From Candidatus Micrarchaeia archaeon (GTDB lineage Archaea; Micrarchaeota; Micrarchaeia; Anstonellales; J096): a stretch of 53,475 bases of DNA. Position 1 is the stretch's first letter. The number at the start of each line of letters is the position of its first letter. Of the stretch, positions 25,548-35,062 are shown piece after piece. A model generated the notes under the pieces. The model made no database searches. It had not been told where the DNA came from and saw only the letters and a program-made list of their open reading frames with translations. The translations under genes and the position numbers were made by a program. Location of the stretch: assembly GCA_041500865.1 (NCBI GenBank), contig JBGQMY010000006.1, positions 1-53,475 on the forward strand, given 5' to 3'.

Positions 25548-26447
25548 ATGTTCAGGAGGCTGGAGCATGTGCCGTCTTCGTATTTCGGCAAAAAGAGAAT
25601 CAACGCCAATTGCATGCTTGGCCCATTCCGCGCCTCAAGGCACATGGAAGAGTGCGAAATGCTGAAGGGCGCGTTCATATCAAGGGAAGACAAGGATGCA
25701 GTCACCGAGACGTCAGGCAAGGCGTTCCTGATTGCGCAAAAACGGGTGCGGAACCTGGAGCACGAGCTTTCCGAGGGCATCACTGGGCAGGAGCGGAATT
25801 TCTTCTTCAGGTTTTATCCGCTGATGATGGTGCGGGACGGCGCGCTTATCCAAGCAATGGAAATCCTCCAGCGCTCAAATCCAGACATATCAAAAAACCG
25901 CATATTGGTTACAAAGAAGAACCTCACGTGCCTGTATGCGATGCTTGCAGGAAAGAAGCCGGCCTCAATCATTTCTTGTTCCATGCAGACTATTGATATG
26001 CATAGGAGCGAAAGGTTTGGCTTCGGCAAGGACGGACTGGCATTGGCTGGCGCCATTGACATAAAGAGCTGGCTTGTTTCGCAGTCAGAAAAAACCGTTT
26101 TGGACTTCATGGGCTCAGACGTGTTCTACCGCGACCCGGTTTCGGCAGCAGTCATCCTCGGGATACCGGGCGCCTCGGCCGAAGCGTTCGCTTCCGGCTT
26201 TGACAAGGACAGCCAGGTGCTTGCAATGCTGCATTTTGACGCCGAACTGGACCACGTGCTTTGGGACAGCGTGTTCGTGCCTGCGGTCTTGCCGGACGGT
26301 GAGTTGCCTGATGCCGATGTCCTCAGGGAGTGGCATGGCTGCCTTGCGCGCGCAATCCCGGAGGAGGCAATGGACCTGCTTCTGCTTGAGTCAAAGATAA
26401 AGACGCTTATGGGGATTGCCGAAGCTGTGGAAAGGAGCAAGGCATGA
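25548..26447 (+). CDS. Hypothetical protein
   Basis: 299-aa ORF after a TTTAAAAA box; no recognised motif. Confidence 0.65.
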   Translation: MFRRLEHVPSSYFGKKRINANCMLGPFRASRHMEECEMLKGAFISREDKDAVTETSGKAFLIAQKRVRNLEHELSEGITGQERNFFFRFYPLMMVRDGALIQAMEILQRSNPDISKNRILVTKKNLTCLYAMLAGKKPASIISCSMQTIDMHRSERFGFGKDGLALAGAIDIKSWLVSQSEKTVLDFMGSDVFYRDPVSAAVILGIPGASAEAFASGFDKDSQVLAMLHFDAELDHVLWDSVFVPAVLPDGELPDADVLREWHGCLARAIPEEAMDLLLLESKIKTLMGIAEAVERSKA

Positions 26448-26460
26448 GCCTTACACAAAG

Positions 26461-26532
26461 TGAGCCCGCCCGGGATCGAACCGGGGATTTTTACCGTGTC
26501 AGGGTAACGTCTTACCACTCGACTACGGGCTC
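26461..26532 (-). tRNA. tRNA-Val(GAC)
   Basis: Reverse complement GAGCCCG...TTACC-CTGACAC-GGTAA...GGTTCGATCCC...CGGGCTC-A. Confidence 0.95.
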
Positions 26533-26607
26533 GTCCGCAGACGAGCCTGTAGCATTTTGGCCTTTTTTCAAGGCCAAACAGGCTACGGGCTCATAATCTA
26601 CAGGCTC
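26533..26607. repeat. Palindromic element with copies of the tRNA-Val 5' end
   Basis: CTACGGGCTC at 26523 and 26583, CTACAGGCTC at 26598, inverted GAGCCTGTAG at 26543, central TTGGCCTT..AAGGCCAA hairpin. Confidence 0.75.
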
Positions 26608-26885
26608 TATAACTTGCCCATCTCGTTCTTGAGCTTCATCATGTACGGCAAGGGTATCAGGTCCTTCTGCCCGTTTGAATACAGGAACTTGGAGAACCTC
26701 AGCTTGTCCTGCTCCTCTGCCCTTGCGAATATGGCGTTTGAGAGCGCGGCCACCATGTGCACCTCTCCGGACACGGTTGCCTCCTTCGTCATCGCTATGA
26801 CGTCCCCCATGCCCATGCTCCGCCTGTGGAGCGCCCTGTATACCGCATCTACCTCTGCGGCTATCTCGGAAAGCTTCTTCGCCAT
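26607..26885 (-). CDS. Hypothetical protein
   Basis: 92-aa ORF starting MAKKLSE with a TTTAAATA box upstream. Confidence 0.65.
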   Translation of the reverse strand: MAKKLSEIAAEVDAVYRALHRRSMGMGDVIAMTKEATVSGEVHMVAALSNAIFARAEEQDKLRFSKFLYSNGQKDLIPLPYMMKLKNEMGKL

Positions 26886-26980
26886 TGCATTTATATTGGG
26901 CATTAAATATTTAAAAGGCTTCTTTTTGTGTGCCCAAGCGGTCGCAACTGTTTTAAATGCTTGCTGGCATAGCCATCCAT

Positions 26981-27700
26981 ATGCAAAAGCTGGCGAAGCC
27001 CGCCGAAAAGCCGAACCCGGCGCTTGCGGCATATCTGAAAAAGAACGGCCTTTCGTTGAAGAGCATAGCTGAAATCAGCGGCGAGCACGCAAAAATAAAC
27101 GGCATAATGGAAGAAAGCGAATTCTGGAACCAGTACTACAAAAGCGGCCTGGACGCATTCCACGAGTCAGTTGAATATTCCCTCAACATGGAGACATTCG
27201 GCCTCATGGCAGACATGATTCCGTCCTGCGCCAGGGTGTTTGAGCCGTGCTGCAGGAGCGGATATCTTGGGGCTTGGCTGGCATCATCAAGGCCCGATAT
27301 AGGGTATGTGGGCATGGACATCAACCCCCTTGCCATAGAAAAGGCAAAGAAGGCTGCGTTCAGCAACGGGGTTCATCCCAGGTTATTCGTGCAAGGAGAC
27401 TACCGACGGCATTCCGGAAAATATGATATTGCAATAGGAAGGAATATCACCAACACAGGCGATTTTGAGGTTGATTTGGCCGCGATAAGGAAGATAATCT
27501 CCATTGCCGGCGAGATTGTGGTTCTGCATTTCACATACGAAAACAGGATTGAGAATGATATTTCAAGCCTCAGAACGTATTATTATGCCCGCGGATTCAC
27601 TTTGGAGAATGTTTTCGGGCCTTTTGGGACCGCGACAGGCAACCCTTCTGGCCAAACCGCCGTTGCTTTCGTCTACAGCGCAGCAAAGAATGGTTATTAA
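26981..27700 (+). CDS. Class I SAM-dependent methyltransferase
   Basis: RVFEPCCRSG (motif I variant), YVGMDIN, FVQGD, YDIAI; TTTTAAAT box upstream. Confidence 0.75.
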   Translation: MQKLAKPAEKPNPALAAYLKKNGLSLKSIAEISGEHAKINGIMEESEFWNQYYKSGLDAFHESVEYSLNMETFGLMADMIPSCARVFEPCCRSGYLGAWLASSRPDIGYVGMDINPLAIEKAKKAAFSNGVHPRLFVQGDYRRHSGKYDIAIGRNITNTGDFEVDLAAIRKIISIAGEIVVLHFTYENRIENDISSLRTYYYARGFTLENVFGPFGTATGNPSGQTAVAFVYSAAKNGY

Positions 27701-27723
27701 ACATTGCCTTTCAATCAAAATGC

Positions 27724-28998
27724 ATGGCACTGTCTCCTGAGGCAAGGCGCCTTAACAGGGAAATGAAGGCCGGCCCGTTCTTCAACATCCTGTCAAGGAA
27801 GGGCAAGGCAATCTATTTTCCCAAAAAAGGGTTTGTGCAGCAGTCGATTGACGCAAAAGACAAGGGAATAAACGCAACGGCAGGCATAGCCAACGAGGAT
27901 GACGGCGGCGTGATGCACCTCGGGATAATGGGCAGCGAGCTCAACATTTCTCCTGAAAGGGCGTTTTCCTATTCCCCTTCATCCGGCAATCCGGAGCTCA
28001 GGCAGCTGTGGAAGGATGCGATACTGGAAAAGAATCCCTCCATCAAGTCAAATATGTCAATGCCCATCGTAACCTGCGGCATAACGCATGCAATAGCGGT
28101 TGCAGCCTATCTTTTCGCCGAAAAGGGCGTTGATGTCATAATGCCGGACCTGTACTGGGAAAACTACGGCCTCATATTCGAGAACGGGTTCGGCGCAAGG
28201 CTAAAGACATTCCCAATGTTCTCAGGGAAGGCATTCAACGTTGAAGGGCTTGATGCCGCGATAGGGGAATCAGGAAGGCCACTTGTCCTTCTGAACTTTC
28301 CGAACAATCCCACAGGCTATACCCCGACGGATGAAGAGGCCGAGAGAATCGCAGCCGTCATAGGGGAATATGCGAAAACGAAGCCGCTTGTTGCGGTATG
28401 CGACGACGCATATTTCGGCCTGGTGTACAAGGAAGGCGTTTTCAGGGAATCGCTGTTCGCAAAGCTGATGGAAAAGGAAAACGTGCTTGCAGTGAAATGC
28501 GACGGGGCGACAAAGGAAAACTACGCCTGGGGCTTCAGGGTCGGTTTCATCACGTTCGGCGTAAGGAGCGCAACCAAGGAATTTTACAATGCGCTGGAGA
28601 ACAAGGCGATAGGCGCGATACGCAGCTCCGTCTCAAGCGCCCCGACGCCATCCCAGTCCATAGTCCTGGATTCGCTAAAGGACCCTTCCTTCGCGGCCCA
28701 GAAGCAGGAGAAGCTAAAGACGCTCAAGGCGAGGTTTGACGAGGTTGAATTGATACTTAAGGAAGAAAGATACAGGAGGTGGCTGGAGCCGCTTCCGTTC
28801 AACTCCGGATATTTCATGTGCATGGAAACAAAGGGCATTGACGCCGAAAAGCTGAGAAAAAAGCTCCTGGACAAGTATGGCGTTGGCGTCATTGCCATAG
28901 CCGGAAAGGTAAGGGTTGCGTATTCCGCAATACCGAAACAAAGGCTTAGGGAGCTGTTTGACAGCATAGTCGAGGCATGCGAAAAGCTGTCAAAATAG
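27724..28998 (+). CDS. PLP-dependent aminotransferase class I/II
   Basis: NFPNNPTGY, DDAY, GATKE..WGFRVGF, NSGYF motifs. Confidence 0.92.
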   Translation: MALSPEARRLNREMKAGPFFNILSRKGKAIYFPKKGFVQQSIDAKDKGINATAGIANEDDGGVMHLGIMGSELNISPERAFSYSPSSGNPELRQLWKDAILEKNPSIKSNMSMPIVTCGITHAIAVAAYLFAEKGVDVIMPDLYWENYGLIFENGFGARLKTFPMFSGKAFNVEGLDAAIGESGRPLVLLNFPNNPTGYTPTDEEAERIAAVIGEYAKTKPLVAVCDDAYFGLVYKEGVFRESLFAKLMEKENVLAVKCDGATKENYAWGFRVGFITFGVRSATKEFYNALENKAIGAIRSSVSSAPTPSQSIVLDSLKDPSFAAQKQEKLKTLKARFDEVELILKEERYRRWLEPLPFNSGYFMCMETKGIDAEKLRKKLLDKYGVGVIAIAGKVRVAYSAIPKQRLRELFDSIVEACEKLSK

Positions 28999-29082
28999 GC
29001 GGTTTTAATGTTTTTTTATGTGCATCCCGACGGAGAGTTTTAATATCTGACGGTTCTAGTGACTTTCAGAGAGGTGGGATTC

Positions 29083-29298
29083 ATGGGCGAAAGGATAGGA
29101 AAAGAGAAGATAGGCAGGAAGAAGGGATTCCTCTACTTCATAGGCAAGGACGGCTACGTCTGGGAAGTGCCGATGAAAAGCAACCCCGGCGGAAAGAAGT
29201 CCAGGGTCGGCAGCGAGCAGATAAAGAAGGAGACGGGATACCTTTACTACCTTGACAACGACGGATACGTCAGCAAGGCAAAAATGGCAAGGAAGTGA
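29083..29298 (+). CDS. Small basic protein with internal duplication
   Basis: Two copies of G(F/Y)LY(F/Y)xxxDGYV..xM; GAGGTG SD. Confidence 0.8.
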   Translation: MGERIGKEKIGRKKGFLYFIGKDGYVWEVPMKSNPGGKKSRVGSEQIKKETGYLYYLDNDGYVSKAKMARK

Positions 29299-29310
29299 AG
29301 AGCTTCCTTT

Positions 29311-30624
29311 TCATTTTCTTTTTAACATCATAAAATCAGTGTAGTTCTCCTTAAGGTCGTTTACCCCTTTCATCAGTATCTCCAGGCCGTACCTATCGGC
29401 TGCGGCCTCGGAGGCGATTACGGCGCTGTTCTTCGGGTATTTCCCTTCGGCAAGGTCCTTTGCGGAGAGCGCGGTGTCCTCCTGCTCGACCTGCTTGGCA
29501 TTCGGCAAAATCCTTTTCAGCGTGCCCTTGCACTGCATCAGCCCCTGTATGTGGGAATGGACCTCCTTTATGCCATCGAACTTCTCGCCCGGCCTCACCA
29601 TGAGGCAGTGGCTGACCATTATCGGCATTATCTTCTCTATCTTGCACGGGTACTGCGACATCGCCTCAATCGTCTCCATCACGACGCCAGCAGTGGAGTT
29701 CTCTATCGCGGCTATGCCCCTGTCTATGTTGCCGTAAAAGAGCTGGTCAAGCACGTTGTGCGACTTTATGAGGTATTTTATCTTATATCGGCCGATTCCC
29801 ATGGCCGCGCATATCTCCGTGCATGCCTGCTCGCAATACGAGCCTTCAATCCCCTGTATCCCTATTGTGAGGCGGCCCGGGTCCACTTGCTCCGGAAGCA
29901 GGTCTTTGGAAAGCGTCTCAACCGCGTAGTAAAACCGCGCCCTCATCTGCCTCGTGAACTTGTTCTTCATCTGGAGGTCTCGGAAAAGCTGCATGGTGTC
30001 GTTGCACGTTTGTTTTTTGACTTCCATAAGCTTCATGAACCCGGTCGTGTCAATCGGCGTCGGCTCTGCGCCCATCTTTTCAAGTATCCTGCCTATGAAA
30101 TGCGTAACGCCCTGGGAGTTGGCTGCCAGCTTGTCATGCTCTTTAGGCGGCATGTCAACCACGTTGAGCCCCTTTGACCTGAAATAATCCGACCAGAACG
30201 CGTATCTTTCATTGCCGCACCTTATGTTGTGTATGACGAAGTTGAGGCCCTTTAGCCCGTTCTTGACCGAATCCGGCCCGAACATGGGGTGCGTCGCGAT
30301 TATCTCGGTTTCAAGCGGCAGATGCCTTATCATAAGTTCTACAGGGTATTCCTTGACCGAGCAGGTGTCTATCACCACCGAGCCCTCCCTGAATTTGTTG
30401 GCTTTCAGCGTGCTTTCCATCTCGGATATGGGCACGCAAAGGAAAACGGCGTCGCATTTGCCGATAAGCACTTCCGCGCTGTCGTATTTCACGCCCCTTT
30501 CCTTGGCCAGTGCGCTCCTGTCCGACCTGTTTGCCACGCAGACGTCAAAGTCCTGTTTCAGTATGTCCGCCATGACCTGGCCGAAACGGCCATACCCCAA
30601 AACCCCGACAGCCATCTTGCCCAT
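29311..30624 (-). CDS. Prephenate dehydrogenase - prephenate dehydratase fusion (TyrA-PheA, no ACT domain)
   Basis: GYGRFG Rossmann, DTCSVK, HPMFGP, HD...SQ; then QGIEGSY, IENSTAG, SHIQGLMQC, DTA..A, NYTDF. Start moved to MGKMAV. Confidence 0.88.
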   Translation of the reverse strand: MGKMAVGVLGYGRFGQVMADILKQDFDVCVANRSDRSALAKERGVKYDSAEVLIGKCDAVFLCVPISEMESTLKANKFREGSVVIDTCSVKEYPVELMIRHLPLETEIIATHPMFGPDSVKNGLKGLNFVIHNIRCGNERYAFWSDYFRSKGLNVVDMPPKEHDKLAANSQGVTHFIGRILEKMGAEPTPIDTTGFMKLMEVKKQTCNDTMQLFRDLQMKNKFTRQMRARFYYAVETLSKDLLPEQVDPGRLTIGIQGIEGSYCEQACTEICAAMGIGRYKIKYLIKSHNVLDQLFYGNIDRGIAAIENSTAGVVMETIEAMSQYPCKIEKIMPIMVSHCLMVRPGEKFDGIKEVHSHIQGLMQCKGTLKRILPNAKQVEQEDTALSAKDLAEGKYPKNSAVIASEAAADRYGLEILMKGVNDLKENYTDFMMLKRK

Positions 30625-30638
30625 AATTACCAGTTCTG

Positions 30639-31181
30639 TTATAATTTTTTCAGCCCTGTCCACCATACCTTGTCGTTCTTTTCTATCAAGGATGCAATTT
30701 CCTTTGACTCGCCAAAGTGCAAGCCCCTGGATGCGTTGATTATCCATTCCCTTGCAAGCGGGTTGCCCCTCATCTCGAACGTTTTTGCCTGGATTATGCA
30801 CTCAAGCAGGTCCGCATCCCTTGCAACCAGCGCGTCCTTTGACTTCCTTGCCTTTGTCTCTTTGTACAGCGGGCCGAACTCGTCGAAAACGCCCTTCATG
30901 GCCTCATTCGCCGCCCTTTCCTCGTCCTTCTCGGTGTATGATGCTGACACCTTGTTGATGTCCCATACCCTGGTTTCGCCTATATCGTGTATAAGCGCCA
31001 TCTTCATGCACCTGTCCGGGTCTGCGCCGACCTTGCGCGCCAGCCAGTGCGCTATAAACGACGCCCTGAAGCAGTGCGAGGCCACGCTGTCCCCGCCCCT
31101 TTCGCCTATGAAATACCAGCCGGTCCTCTGCATCTCCTTTAGCAGCTCCAGCTCGAAGAAGAAACGCATTGCCTTTTCCAT
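30639..31181 (-). CDS. HD-domain hydrolase (YfbR/HDDC2-like 5'-deoxynucleotidase)
   Basis: LK..QRTGW, SVASHCFR, IHDIGE..WDI, DADLLE. Confidence 0.88.
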   Translation of the reverse strand: MEKAMRFFFELELLKEMQRTGWYFIGERGGDSVASHCFRASFIAHWLARKVGADPDRCMKMALIHDIGETRVWDINKVSASYTEKDEERAANEAMKGVFDEFGPLYKETKARKSKDALVARDADLLECIIQAKTFEMRGNPLAREWIINASRGLHFGESKEIASLIEKNDKVWWTGLKKL

Positions 31182-31232
31182 AATCCGGTTTGATAGCCAA
31201 ACTATAAAAAACCTACCAATATAGCGTAAAAC

Positions 31233-31532
31233 ATGGCGAAATTGCAGATAAAGGACGTTTCCACGGTCATGAACTCAACGATAGTGACTGGGTTCCTGAG
31301 GGATGGCGAGCTTAAGGTCGGCATGAGGGTCAAGGTCGATGACAGGACGCTGGAAATAAAGACGATAGAGGTCAAGCACGAGCCAAAGGAGAAGGCCGTT
31401 GCCGGGGACGTTGTCAACATAAGCGTGAGGTTTTTCTCAAACATCTTCGGGGAAGGCGTGGCGTCGGGAAAGCCCAATCCGGAGTACGACCTGTTAAAAG
31501 GCATGAAAAAGGCCATACTTGAGTTTTCCTAA
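31233..31532 (+). CDS. Stand-alone EF-Tu domain II-like beta-barrel protein
   Basis: IVTG...GELKVGM...IKTIEVKH...AVAGDVVNI pattern. Confidence 0.7.
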   Translation: MAKLQIKDVSTVMNSTIVTGFLRDGELKVGMRVKVDDRTLEIKTIEVKHEPKEKAVAGDVVNISVRFFSNIFGEGVASGKPNPEYDLLKGMKKAILEFS

Positions 31533-31578
31533 AGCGGCCCATGCAAAGTATAAAAGCGTTGCCCTACAACCATAGTGC

Positions 31579-32958
31579 ATGGCAACCGACCTGGGAAGGC
31601 TTTTCAGCCCAAAGAGCATAGCGGTCATAGGCGCATCCGCCAACCCGGAAAAAGTGGGGCATGCGGTGCTCAGCAACCTGCTCAACATAGGGTTCAGGGG
31701 AAAAATATATCCCGTAAACCCGAAATATGACGATGTTTTAGGCCTCAAATGCTACAAGTCAGCTTCCGACATTCCGGGAAAGGCGGAGCTTGCAATCATC
31801 ATGACACCGCCTGATTCAGTTCCGGAGGTTGTCGACCAGCTCGGCAGGAAAGGCACGCGCTATATTGTAGTCATATCCGGAGGGTTCGGCGAGGTCGGGA
31901 ACGAGAAGGGCAAAAAAGACCTGATGGAGGCATGCAAAAGGCACGGCATCCTTATGGTCGGCCCCAATTGTTTAGGAATAACGTGCACAAAGGAGAACCT
32001 TGACACAATATTCTTTCCCATTCACAAGCTCAGGAGGCCGGGCTACGGCGGCGTCTCCATAGTCACGCAGAGCGGCGGCGTCGGTACTTCGCTGCTTGGC
32101 ATAGCGTCCAGCATGGGGATAGGCATAAACAAGTTCGTGTCCTACGGCAACGCCTATAACCTTGACGAGTCGGATTTCATAAACTATTTTGCGGACGATG
32201 ACGAAACAAAGTCCATAGTGGTGTATATTGAGGGCGTTGCAAACGGAAGAAAATTCCTTGACGCGCTTGTGAACGCAAACATAAAGAAGCCCGTAATCGC
32301 GCTGAAGGCCGGAAAGGAAAATCTGGTGCAGAATGCGGTCAAAAGCCACACAGGCGCGCTGGCCGGCAATTATCTTGCATACAGGGCCGCTTTCAAGAAG
32401 GCAAAGGTCATGGAAGCCGAAAACATGAACGACATGTTCGACTACCTTTCGTTTTCAGGGCTGCCGCTGCCAAAAGGCAGGCGCGTGGGAATAATTTCCA
32501 ACGGCGGCGGGCTCGGAGTGATGGCATGCGATTCTGCCCTTAAGAACGGGCTTGCAGTCCCGCAGATATCCGGGAAGCTGGTTGCCGGGGCAAAAAAGTT
32601 CCTGCCATCTTACGCCACTCCTGCCAACCCGTTTGACCTTGTTGCTGACGCCGACGTGGAAAGGTTCAGCAGCGCCATAGATTTGTTCATGGGGAGCGAG
32701 GAGTTCGACATGGTGCTGATAAGCGTGCTGTTCCAGGCGCCGCTGATGAGCGAGGCCCTGCTCAACCCGCTTGTCAAGGCGACCAGCATATGGAAGAAGC
32801 CCATGGCCATCGTGGTGCCAGGCGGAGACGAGGTCGAGGCTTTCAAGAAGATAACGACGATAAACAAGGTTCCGACGTTTGACATACCGGAAAGGGCGGT
32901 CGCGACCCTCAGGAAGATGTACGACTACTCAAGGTTCAAGGGCGTTGCAAAAGAATAG
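31579..32958 (+). CDS. acdA: Acetate--CoA ligase (ADP-forming) alpha subunit
   Basis: PKSIAVIGAS, YPVNP, GPNCLG, QSGG, SHTGALAG phospho-His, NGGGLG, NPFDL. Confidence 0.92.
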   Translation: MATDLGRLFSPKSIAVIGASANPEKVGHAVLSNLLNIGFRGKIYPVNPKYDDVLGLKCYKSASDIPGKAELAIIMTPPDSVPEVVDQLGRKGTRYIVVISGGFGEVGNEKGKKDLMEACKRHGILMVGPNCLGITCTKENLDTIFFPIHKLRRPGYGGVSIVTQSGGVGTSLLGIASSMGIGINKFVSYGNAYNLDESDFINYFADDDETKSIVVYIEGVANGRKFLDALVNANIKKPVIALKAGKENLVQNAVKSHTGALAGNYLAYRAAFKKAKVMEAENMNDMFDYLSFSGLPLPKGRRVGIISNGGGLGVMACDSALKNGLAVPQISGKLVAGAKKFLPSYATPANPFDLVADADVERFSSAIDLFMGSEEFDMVLISVLFQAPLMSEALLNPLVKATSIWKKPMAIVVPGGDEVEAFKKITTINKVPTFDIPERAVATLRKMYDYSRFKGVAKE

Positions 32959-32965
32959 GGTTATC

Positions 32966-33460
32966 ATGGCGCTTGACTTCTCGCTTGGCATAAGCTGGCA
33001 ATTCGGGGCCCTGGCCGTCCTCTCCATACTATTATTGCCGTTCTTCCGCGGGCGGTACGCATTCCTTGCCGGGGCTATTGGCTACTCATTGGTCGATATC
33101 CTTCCTGCCCTCTTTGGCGCAAAAGGCACAATCGGCTTATGGACATTGACAGGGGCAATAACCTGGGGCATTGTTGGCTATCTTTTTGCCAGGCAAAACC
33201 CAAACGGCTCGCCCATCACGTTCGCAAAGCTGGGGCTGGGAGGGACCATCCTGTTCGATGCGATTACCGGTGTTATCCTTTCGCCGTTGATGTGGGGCAT
33301 GCCCTGGCAGGATGCCCTAATCGGCCAAATCCCGTTCACGATAAAGCATCTGCTCGGCATTGGGGCAATTTCGATAATACTTGCGCCGCTGCTGTTCCCG
33401 TCAATCAGCCGCTTCCTGTCTAGGAGCAAACTATTCATCCTAAAGCCACAGGCTGGATAA
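32966..33460 (+). CDS. Integral membrane protein (ECF S-component-like)
   Basis: About six TM segments; GTILFDAIT, GQIPFT..H motifs. Confidence 0.6.
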   Translation: MALDFSLGISWQFGALAVLSILLLPFFRGRYAFLAGAIGYSLVDILPALFGAKGTIGLWTLTGAITWGIVGYLFARQNPNGSPITFAKLGLGGTILFDAITGVILSPLMWGMPWQDALIGQIPFTIKHLLGIGAISIILAPLLFPSISRFLSRSKLFILKPQAG

Positions 33461-33536
33461 GCAGTATAACGTCTTTAGCAGAAATCCAAAGGCCAGCCGC
33501 TGCGGAAAGAAAGATTATTAAAGAACCGATTGGCTA

Positions 33537-35051
33537 ATGCTCATTGTGAAGGGCAAAGGTTTAATTATAGCCGCTGTTCTGGCAATCCTTTTTGTCAGCG
33601 GCTGTGTTCTGCAGTCCTCCTGGCCAGCAATGCATAAAATGCCAAACAGCGCAGCAGGGCAAAATCCAGGTTGCGCAAACGCAAGCGCGAAAACCTGGGC
33701 AAAGGTGTTTGGCGGACCTGGATTCAATGAGGAGCTCTCGCTCCAGCAGACTTCAGACGGAGGTTATGCAGTTGTTGGATACCTCAATACCGGGCCCTCC
33801 GTGTATCCATCCGGCGAAAAGCCGTATGACGCCCTTTTGTTCAAGGTTGATGCAGATGGAAACATGCTATGGAACAGAACATATGGGGGCAACGAAAGCG
33901 ATTTCGCGTTTTCGCTCCAGCAGACTTCAGATAGCGGATATATAGTCGGCGGGGAAACGCGATCATTTGGAGGCAGTGAGGCCTACCTCATAAAAACAGA
34001 TGAGAATGGAAGCATGCAATGGAACAGGACATTTGATTTGTGCGAAGGTAAAGAAGGCAACAGGATACTCTCGGTCAGGCAAACATCTGACGGCGGATAT
34101 ATAACAGCCGGGTTTACGTTTTCCTGCAGCCAGAAGCTCTGGGGGGAAAGGGGCGGATGGGATGACTCCTTTATTATGAAAACCGACGCGAGCGGAAATG
34201 AGGTCTGGGAAACTGCTTTTGGGTCAAAGGACGATGTTGACAGGGCGACTTCGGTCCAGCAGGTCGCTGACGGAGGGTATGTGACAATTGGGTATGTACA
34301 CTATTATGACCCGCATGGGCCTGTCTATATCTACGGGCAGGACATCTATCTGGCGAAATTTGACAAGGACGGAAACATGCTGTGGAATAAAACATTCGGA
34401 GTCGGAAACAAGACAGCGCCTGGAAACGGGTTGAATGAGGCAGAGGTGTTCCAGCAGACTTCTGACGGAGGTTATGTGGTTGTCGGGCAAGGGGCAGACT
34501 CAAGGGTCTATCTGCTTAAAACAGATTCAAACGGAACCAAACTCTGGGAAAAGCCACTAGGCAATTTGAATAGCTGGGGATACTCTGTAAAGCAAACGGC
34601 AGACGGCGGATACTTCATCATTGGGGATACAATCATCGCAGATGCAAACGGGAACAGAGTAGACTATGAAGAAAGAACCATAATTGTCGGAGACAAGGTC
34701 ATTCTTGATACTGGAAAGGCAATATACTTCCTGAAAATTGATGCGAACGGAAGCATAGTGTCAGAGGCATTTGGGATGTACCGCGGCGGCGGCAGGGTAT
34801 GGCCAATCCAGCAGACACCTGACAACGGATACATAAGCGCCGAAACCATATTTCCAAGGACCAGCGCAACAACATATACAAGCACAACAGAGATCCTCCT
34901 GATGAAGATGAATGAAAAGGGGTTTGTCTGCAACCTGTCCTTTGGCCAGCCGTGCACGCTGCTCCCCGAGCCGCGGTGGATAAACGACCCAACATGCTGG
35001 AACATTACTTATGATGAAGCATACAGGAACAACCCATATCTTCCTGGATAA
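33537..35051 (+). CDS. Lipoprotein with QTSDGGY beta-propeller repeats
   Basis: Lipobox FVSGC; repeated QQTSDGGY...YLxKxDxxGNxxWxKTFG blades. Confidence 0.85.
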   Translation: MLIVKGKGLIIAAVLAILFVSGCVLQSSWPAMHKMPNSAAGQNPGCANASAKTWAKVFGGPGFNEELSLQQTSDGGYAVVGYLNTGPSVYPSGEKPYDALLFKVDADGNMLWNRTYGGNESDFAFSLQQTSDSGYIVGGETRSFGGSEAYLIKTDENGSMQWNRTFDLCEGKEGNRILSVRQTSDGGYITAGFTFSCSQKLWGERGGWDDSFIMKTDASGNEVWETAFGSKDDVDRATSVQQVADGGYVTIGYVHYYDPHGPVYIYGQDIYLAKFDKDGNMLWNKTFGVGNKTAPGNGLNEAEVFQQTSDGGYVVVGQGADSRVYLLKTDSNGTKLWEKPLGNLNSWGYSVKQTADGGYFIIGDTIIADANGNRVDYEERTIIVGDKVILDTGKAIYFLKIDANGSIVSEAFGMYRGGGRVWPIQQTPDNGYISAETIFPRTSATTYTSTTEILLMKMNEKGFVCNLSFGQPCTLLPEPRWINDPTCWNITYDEAYRNNPYLPG

Positions 35052-35062
35052 GGTGGCCAGAT

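Noticed and set aside
30625..30801. N-terminal extensions of the TyrA-PheA ORF (and likewise MTAP 9548-9727, KaiC 43693-43830)
   Set aside because: They overlap neighbouring genes or promoters; family homology starts at downstream ATGs.
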